From contig CAZRJD010000001.1 of NCBI GenBank assembly GCA_964600495.1, forward strand, positions 1-46,959: a DNA stretch of 46,959 bases, given 5' to 3'. How positions within the stretch are numbered: position 1 is the stretch's first letter; each line of letters begins with the position of its first letter. Made by a program: the position numbers and the translations under genes. Positions 42,246 through 46,959 of this stretch are shown here, piece by piece. Below the pieces are notes generated by a model, which worked only from the letters and a program-made list of their open reading frames with translations, had not been told where the DNA came from and did no database searches. The stretch comes from an uncultured Candidatus Saccharibacteria bacterium (lineage in GTDB: Bacteria; Patescibacteriota; Minisyncoccia; Phycocordibacterales; SBAW01).

Positions 42246-43499
42246 CTAATTTACACGCAAAAGCACTCTTGAGAGTGCGTTGTACTTGTTCGCAGCGTCC
42301 CAAAAGAGCCACGAGGTGACACCCGCATCACCCGAAGCCGTAATCTGCGCCTCTACCATCGCGGGAGTGTAAGTCACAGGATAGTCGAAACTCTGCAGCC
42401 ACGGTCGGATCTTTTCTCTATCGTATGAGGGCTTCATATACAATTGTGGAGAAGTTGAGGCAATGGGGGTGTACGCAAAGCTCGCGATTGTTGTCGTTGT
42501 TGCAAGCGTCCGCTTGATCGCCGTATCCATCGCAAACTTAACGATCTCGTACGGATGGTCGTTCACATTTTTGTATCCGTTAAAACCGGAGGGGTAATGC
42601 GATGGATATACCATCGGATAGATGTAGTCGAAGTACGGGAGAGCCCGCTCGAGCACCTGCCCGATACCCATATCACTCTCGACCGTTGCCGTCATGCCAA
42701 AAAGGTCTGCCGAAAGAATCGCGCCGGTCGGATGTAGCGCATCGGTTAAGTATTTAAAGAATTCTTCAAGCGCCTGTGCTTTGCTTTTGCCCCGACTGTG
42801 CGAGAAAACCGCCTCGCTCATTGGCCCGTCGGAAGGGAAGCGAATATAGTCAAAGTTAAGCTCGTCAAATCCAAGTGCATAAGACTCTTTGCTGATTGCA
42901 ACGATATGGTCCCAGAATGCCTTCGCCCCGACGTCAACGAACGCGAGCCCTTTATAATCCTTCCACACCCCTCCCGAAGCTTTTTGCACCGCCGCCTCAG
43001 GATGAAGAGAGGTGTAGTAAGGGTCTTGGAATACTGTGATGCGCCCGATAACGTAAATATTTTTACTGTGGAGCATCTCAACAAAACTCTTCATGTCAGC
43101 CGCCCCGCATTTTTCCGAAACAGAACCCACAAGCGCGAGGTTTTGTGTCGGGAAGGCAATCTTCCCTGTATAGTCTTTGATATCAATAACAACCGCATTG
43201 AGGCTCGTCGTATTAATGAGCTTTACAAGCGAGTCACGGAAGGAGCGGGTGCCCGCGACGCACTGTGACATGTAGATCGCTTTGAGCGGATGCGGTGTCT
43301 CAAGATGTACGATCTCGGGCGGCGGGGGAGGCGTCTCTACTGCCGGACTTGCAGAAAGAGGTCCGGAGTAGGAAACAGAGAGAAGTGCGGGAAGCCCGAA
43401 GTAGACAAGCACAACTATGCCTGCGACACCAAAAAAGGTCGTGGCGGCAATCGAGAGGAGTCTTTTAATTGAGTGAGTGGATTCCTTCTTTGCGCTCAT
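42246..43499 (-). CDS. Membrane-anchored putative TIM-barrel glycoside-hydrolase-like protein (DUF4015-like)
   Basis: An N-terminal TM follows MSAKKESTH. The ORF contains NAVVIDIKDYTGKIAF, YVIGRITVFQD, GFDELNFDYIRFP and YIYPMVYPSHY. The family assignment is from memory of the motif pattern only. Confidence 0.5.
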   Translation of the reverse strand: MSAKKESTHSIKRLLSIAATTFFGVAGIVVLVYFGLPALLSVSYSGPLSASPAVETPPPPPEIVHLETPHPLKAIYMSQCVAGTRSFRDSLVKLINTTSLNAVVIDIKDYTGKIAFPTQNLALVGSVSEKCGAADMKSFVEMLHSKNIYVIGRITVFQDPYYTSLHPEAAVQKASGGVWKDYKGLAFVDVGAKAFWDHIVAISKESYALGFDELNFDYIRFPSDGPMSEAVFSHSRGKSKAQALEEFFKYLTDALHPTGAILSADLFGMTATVESDMGIGQVLERALPYFDYIYPMVYPSHYPSGFNGYKNVNDHPYEIVKFAMDTAIKRTLATTTTIASFAYTPIASTSPQLYMKPSYDREKIRPWLQSFDYPVTYTPAMVEAQITASGDAGVTSWLFWDAANKYNALSRVLLRVN

Positions 43500-43728
43500 A
43501 TGCAGTGTCCTGATGTGGCTCGTGGGGAACACCACTCTCGACAAAAGGATGGTGCATGTCGCGCTTGCTGCCTCTCCGAAGTGCGTCTCTGCGCATGGCA
43601 AAACCGAGTGCCGCAACAGCAAGGCCGCTACAAAGAAGAATAGCGGTGCGCCATGAATTTGGAATGCCGAGATACGGCAAAATAGTTATCCACACCCCAA
43701 GTATGACAACGGCCATATCTTTCGACAT
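43465..43728 (-). CDS. Small two-TM membrane protein, function unknown
   Basis: MSKDMAVVILGVWITILPYLGIPNSWRTAILLCSGLAVAALGFAM is followed by a charged tail. The ORF sits tightly between rsmI and the hydrolase-like gene and overlaps the latter by 35 nt. Confidence 0.4.
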   Translation of the reverse strand: MSKDMAVVILGVWITILPYLGIPNSWRTAILLCSGLAVAALGFAMRRDALRRGSKRDMHHPFVESGVPHEPHQDTAYERKEGIHSLN

Positions 43729-43738
43729 GCCCTTAATT

Positions 43739-44386
43739 CTACAAGGACTCAACAACAATCACAAACTCTCCGCGCTGCTTTTGGGGGTCCGAAGTGAGGA
43801 TAGTAAGCAACTCTTCGGGGGAACCTATGAGTGCCTCTTCATGAATCTTGGTCAACTCGCGGAAGATGCCTGTGCGTCTCCCTTGTGGCAGATGCTTCGA
43901 GAGGGACGCGAGGGTTTTTAGGATCCGGTGGGGCGATTCGTAAAAAATACTTGCACGTGGGCTCTCTGCTATCTCGGCAAAAAGAGATTCTCTCCCCTTT
44001 TTGAGCGGTAAAAAACCGTAGAACGTAAACGAGGGCGCCTTGAGGCCCGCGATAGCAATAGCCGCAGCGAGGGCCGAGGGACCAGGGATAGTCTCTATGT
44101 CTGCTCCCATATCGCGGGCATGGGAGACGATCTCAAGCCCGGGGTCGGATATGCCGGGGGTGCCGGCGTCTGACACTAACGCCACGTGCTTGCCGTCTCC
44201 CAAGTGTCGCAAAATATGAGCAAGGGTTGAAGTCGGGGTATGTATATCAAAACGGGCGAGCAACTTTCTTGTCATGCGCGTATCCTCGCAGGCAATAACA
44301 TCCGCCTCCTTAAGTATCCGGAGCGCGCGCAGCGTAATATCCTCAAGATTGCCGATTGGAGTCGCCACGACCGAAAGCTTAGCCAT
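43739..44386 (-). CDS. rsmI: 16S rRNA (cytidine1402-2'-O)-methyltransferase RsmI (tetrapyrrole-methylase fold), compact form
   Basis: Contains LSVVATPIGNLEDITLRALRILKEADVIACEDTRMTRKLL, VALVSDAGTPGISDPG, IPGPSALAAAIAIAG, FYESPHR and RELTKIHEE. Confidence 0.88.
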   Translation of the reverse strand: MAKLSVVATPIGNLEDITLRALRILKEADVIACEDTRMTRKLLARFDIHTPTSTLAHILRHLGDGKHVALVSDAGTPGISDPGLEIVSHARDMGADIETIPGPSALAAAIAIAGLKAPSFTFYGFLPLKKGRESLFAEIAESPRASIFYESPHRILKTLASLSKHLPQGRRTGIFRELTKIHEEALIGSPEELLTILTSDPQKQRGEFVIVVESL

Positions 44387-44394
44387 TACTCTCT

Positions 44395-44423
44395 ATTATA
44401 TCACTTTTAGGCCTAAAAGTCAA
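44395..44423 (-). promoter_or_regulatory. Near-consensus sigma70 promoter TTGACT-17 nt-TATAAT for rsmI; ATG 8 nt after the -10 (leaderless-type)
   Basis: On the reverse strand, TTGACT is the complement of 44418-44423 and TATAAT the complement of 44395-44400. AGAGAGTA then precedes the ATG at 44386. Confidence 0.55.
44403..44420. promoter_or_regulatory. Perfect 18-nt palindrome ACTTTTAGGCCTAAAAGT inside the rsmI promoter spacer (candidate operator)
   Basis: The sequence is self-complementary by direct reading. It fills the spacer and overlaps the -35 element. Confidence 0.35.
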
Positions 44424-44444
44424 TAAACCATTTCCGGAATGGGC

Positions 44445-44480
44445 GCGGCCGCCCTATTAGGGCGGCCGCTTCGTTTCTTT
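44445..44480 (+). terminator. GC-rich hairpin plus T-rich tract between the divergent rsmI and mpl promoters (terminator/insulator-like)
   Basis: GCGGCCGCCCT (44445-44455) pairs with AGGGCGGCCGC (44459-44469) around a 3-nt loop. TTCGTTTCTTTC follows on the + strand. Confidence 0.4.
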
Positions 44481-44499
44481 CAACCAAAGAGATGCTAGG

Positions 44500-45933
44500 A
44501 TGGTTTCAAAAGGCTGTATGGCAAGAAAATTGAACGACAAAAAAGCCCCAAAAAAAATACACTTCATAGGCATCGGTGGGGTCGGTATGTCCCCCACTGC
44601 AAAACTCCTTCGGGACGCCGGCGTTGAGGTAACTGGTTCGGATGAAGAGGTGTACCCGCCTGTTTCTGACTTTTTACAGCAAGAAGGTTTGGTGTACAAA
44701 ACCCCGTATGTTCCCGAAAATATTCCGCCCGATGTCGACCTGATTGTCATAGGTAAAAATGCAAAGCTCGTTGCAGAAACAAATCTGGAAGTCGCAGCCG
44801 CCTTTCAATCCGGAAAACGCATACTCTCCTACCCCGAGGTTTTGGGAGAACTTTCAGAAAATAAAGAAACAATTGTTGTCGCGGGCTCCTACGGCAAATC
44901 AAGCACGGCGTCGCTTCTTTCCCACTGTCTTGTCGAAGCGGGTTTCGACCCCTCATTTTTTATCGGCGCTATCCCCTACTCGCCGAACACAAACGCAAAA
45001 ATGGGCGACGGGAAACTTTTTGTGCTTGAGGGGGACGAATATCCCTCATCAAATACCGATACACGCGCAAAATTTCTCCACTATCACCCCTCGCACGTAC
45101 TATTAACGCCGCTCGGTCACGACCACTTCAACGTCTTCCCTACCCCGAGCGATTACCTCAAACCATTCTCGCAGTTGATTGAGATCCTACCTGAAGGTGC
45201 CACGTTCGTCGTTTCAACCGGAGGAAGTTTAAGCAAACAATTTCTTGCCTCGCTGCCGCGCAAGGCCATTACCTATGGCGTACATGAGGGAGAATTCCAC
45301 GCGGCGGATATCGAATGGGGCGAAAAAACTCATTTTAGTGTTTTGCAAAACACCAAAATAGTCGCCAGGGTTGAAACATCCGAGCTCGGCGAGCATACCA
45401 TAGAAAACATCGTCGGCGTCGCGGCATTTCTATTCTCGCGAAATCTTGTAACTCCGGAACAATTTGAAAAAGCCGTAGCATCATTTAAGGGCATAAAACG
45501 CCGGCTCGACAAAAAGTCCGAAAAAACGAGTATCCCGATATACGAGGGCTTCGGCTCATCGCTTGAAAAAGCAAAAAGTGCTATTGCCGCAATAAAGCTC
45601 CACTTCCCCACCCGCAGACTTGTAATAATTTTTGAGCCTCACGCATTTTCCTGGCGTAACCGCGCAAGTTTGCCTTGGTACGACAACGTGTTTGAGGGGG
45701 CAGCAAAAGTGTTTGTGTACGAACCCGCCTCGCAAGGTGCCTCGACACACGAGCAGTTAACACAGGAAGAGATCATAGAGCGCACACAAAAAGCCGGTTT
45801 TGATGCACAGGCGCTCACAGGGCCCGACATACCGCTCACACAAAACGATGTCGTACTTTTTCTTACCTCGGGCCACTTGGGCGGGCTTATGGACCCAATT
45901 ATCAAAATGGCCGAGCAGAAATTTCCCCTATGA
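44500..45933 (+). CDS. mpl: Mur-ligase family protein, Mpl-like (UDP-MurNAc:L-Ala-gamma-D-Glu-meso-DAP ligase type). Alternative start 44518
   Basis: IHFIGIGGVGMSPTAKLLRDAGVEVTGSDEEVYPPVSDFLQQEG fits the Mpl-type VTGSD..VYPP.S pattern. Also present are VVAGSYGKSSTASLL (P-loop), FVLEGDEYPSS...AKFLHYHP, LGEHTIEN and FKGIKRRL. The ATG at 44518 has an AAAGG SD 5 nt upstream. Confidence 0.78.
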   Translation: MVSKGCMARKLNDKKAPKKIHFIGIGGVGMSPTAKLLRDAGVEVTGSDEEVYPPVSDFLQQEGLVYKTPYVPENIPPDVDLIVIGKNAKLVAETNLEVAAAFQSGKRILSYPEVLGELSENKETIVVAGSYGKSSTASLLSHCLVEAGFDPSFFIGAIPYSPNTNAKMGDGKLFVLEGDEYPSSNTDTRAKFLHYHPSHVLLTPLGHDHFNVFPTPSDYLKPFSQLIEILPEGATFVVSTGGSLSKQFLASLPRKAITYGVHEGEFHAADIEWGEKTHFSVLQNTKIVARVETSELGEHTIENIVGVAAFLFSRNLVTPEQFEKAVASFKGIKRRLDKKSEKTSIPIYEGFGSSLEKAKSAIAAIKLHFPTRRLVIIFEPHAFSWRNRASLPWYDNVFEGAAKVFVYEPASQGASTHEQLTQEEIIERTQKAGFDAQALTGPDIPLTQNDVVLFLTSGHLGGLMDPIIKMAEQKFPL

Positions 45934-46682
45934 AAATATTTTCAAGCGAAGCAGGGCACGACTATAAAACATACACCTTTGCGTATGCACAGTATGCAAA
46001 AAAAGAGGACGACGATGCACTTCTAGATATATACGACAAAGGGTTTCTCCCCTACTCGGGCTCTGGAGGTGCAAAAAATATTTTTTACATGGCGCGCAGC
46101 GCGCGGATCATCCTCCCCGAATTTGGTTTAACAAGCGAGAATCGCCGCATTGCAAAAAAATTCGATGGAGAATTTGTTAAAGAGCGCGTTCCACTCAACA
46201 AATTTAAAATTACGGAGGATTTTTTAAACTTCTGCCTTGAGTATTTTGCGGTGCGGCACGGTCCAAACGTCATGCCGCGCGAAAGGCTTGAGTTTGTACT
46301 TGCCTGCGGTCTTGTCTCCACCATTGTGGTCTATCGAATTAAAGACAAGATCACAGGTTACGTATTTGAGGTCGGGGATGAAATCTTCAGCCATTACTGG
46401 TTTTCCTTCTACGATCTGTCTCTCACCAAACAATCGCTTGGGCTCTGGCTCATGCTTGACTGCGTTCGCGACGCGAAGGAGAGAGGCCTCAAACATTACT
46501 ACATCGGAACCGTGTACGGGGAAAAGGCTCTCTATAAAACAAATTTTGAGCCACTCCTGTGGTGGAACGGCAAAGAGTGGAATAGGGACGTGAGGCTCCT
46601 AAAGGAACGCGGGCATTCCGACAACGAACGCATCATTAACTTAATGGACGAGTGGAAGGCTAAGCAGAAATTTTATGAATAA
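45930..46682 (+). CDS. ATE/Bpt-family aminoacyl-tRNA--protein transferase-like protein (GNAT/Fem-like fold), lacking the usual N-terminal Cys cluster
   Basis: YDKGFLPYSGSGGAKNIFYMARSARIILPEFGLTSENRRIAKKF is collinear with the ..GFRRSG...Y...C..C.P.RI....F..S.S.KR..KK segment of Bpt/ATE1. FSHYWFSFYDLSLTKQSLGLWLMLDCVRDAKERGLKHYYIGTVYGEKALYKTNFEPLLWWNGKEW is collinear with the ATE_C ...YLGY.I.....M.YK..F.P.E.L....W segment. The ATG overlaps the mpl stop (ATGA). Confidence 0.68.
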   Translation: MKIFSSEAGHDYKTYTFAYAQYAKKEDDDALLDIYDKGFLPYSGSGGAKNIFYMARSARIILPEFGLTSENRRIAKKFDGEFVKERVPLNKFKITEDFLNFCLEYFAVRHGPNVMPRERLEFVLACGLVSTIVVYRIKDKITGYVFEVGDEIFSHYWFSFYDLSLTKQSLGLWLMLDCVRDAKERGLKHYYIGTVYGEKALYKTNFEPLLWWNGKEWNRDVRLLKERGHSDNERIINLMDEWKAKQKFYE

Positions 46683-46959
46683 ACAGGAATTTTTGGAATC
46701 CCTGAAAGAGGTTTATTGCCGTTTGGGCGTAACAAAAAACGGCGTCGGCGTGGTTGCAATACGTACAATCCCCAAAGGGGTAAACCCGTTTAAAAACTGC
46801 AACAGCGACAACACCAAGATAGAAATTCCTGAAGCTGAACTTGATGCGTACGATACCCCCGCCTCTGTAAAGCAGCTCATTCGGGATTTTTGTCCGCTCG
46901 AGAACGGAGCGTACCTTGTCCCCCACTTTGGCATTGATGCAATAGACAAATCGTACTTC
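46675..46959 (+). CDS. Partial CDS (95 codons, runs off the window end), SET-domain-like N-terminus
   Basis: The translation is MNKQEFLESLKEVYCRLGVTKNGVGVVAIRTIPKGVNPFKNC...LIRDFCPLENGAYLVPHFGIDAIDKSYF. The G.GV.A.R.IPKG.N.F pattern is typical of small bacterial SET-domain proteins. The ATG overlaps the upstream gene by 8 nt (ATGAATAA). Confidence 0.45.
   Translation, partial: MNKQEFLESLKEVYCRLGVTKNGVGVVAIRTIPKGVNPFKNCNSDNTKIEIPEAELDAYDTPASVKQLIRDFCPLENGAYLVPHFGIDAIDKSYF

Noticed and set aside
44445-44469. GC-rich perfect hairpin with two NotI sites read as a transposon terminal inverted repeat, REP element or CRISPR-like repeat
   Set aside because: I noticed only one copy while reading the window, with no adjacent spacer or repeat periodicity and no transposase. 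It is kept only as a possible terminator, insulator or binding site.
1-46959. Search for tRNA, rRNA, CRISPR arrays and tandem repeats
   Set aside because: The longest non-coding gaps are about 100-165 nt (440-602, 1668-1817, 10637-10738, 16685-16803, 44387-44499). None shows a tRNA-like T-arm (GGTTCGAATCC type) or a cloverleaf. I saw no repeat-spacer periodicity or tandem array by eye. A computational scan (tRNAscan, Infernal, repeat finder) would be needed to be definitive.

Overview
The window is about 47 kb of a compact, gene-dense bacterial chromosome. Genes abut or overlap, often as ATGA or TGATG junctions, and no rRNA, tRNA, CRISPR array, transposase or integrase is visible. Housekeeping and cell-wall genes sit at both ends: secA (partial) and murB on the left, and rsmI plus an mpl-like Mur ligase on the right. 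Between them lies a very large glycan-biosynthesis region. It contains a Wzy_C-TPR membrane protein, GtrA, two GT-C (GT39-like) and two GT2 polyprenyl-phosphate-sugar synthase-like genes, and an MsbA/PglK-like ABC exporter. It also holds a block of SAM methyltransferases on alternating strands and a nonulosonic-acid cassette (NeuB-family, KdsC-like phosphatase, CMP-synthetase, EamA, methyltransferase). Further right are rmlABCD plus an NDP-hexose C-methyltransferase, about eight GT4 genes, asnB and a short Ugd-like dehydrogenase. The right-hand third encodes an APH-fold kinase, a Mesh1-like HD hydrolase and a surface lamin-tail-domain protein next to a VirD4/HerA-like ATPase. It also encodes an L,D-transpeptidase/S11 carboxypeptidase fusion and a tightly coupled mpl / ATE(Bpt)-like aminoacyl-tRNA transferase / SET-like operon. 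I rate that operon the best candidate for an undescribed system. Gene content suggests a small-genome monoderm such as CPR/Patescibacteria, but this is inference only. All calls come from reading motifs by eye; no searches were run.
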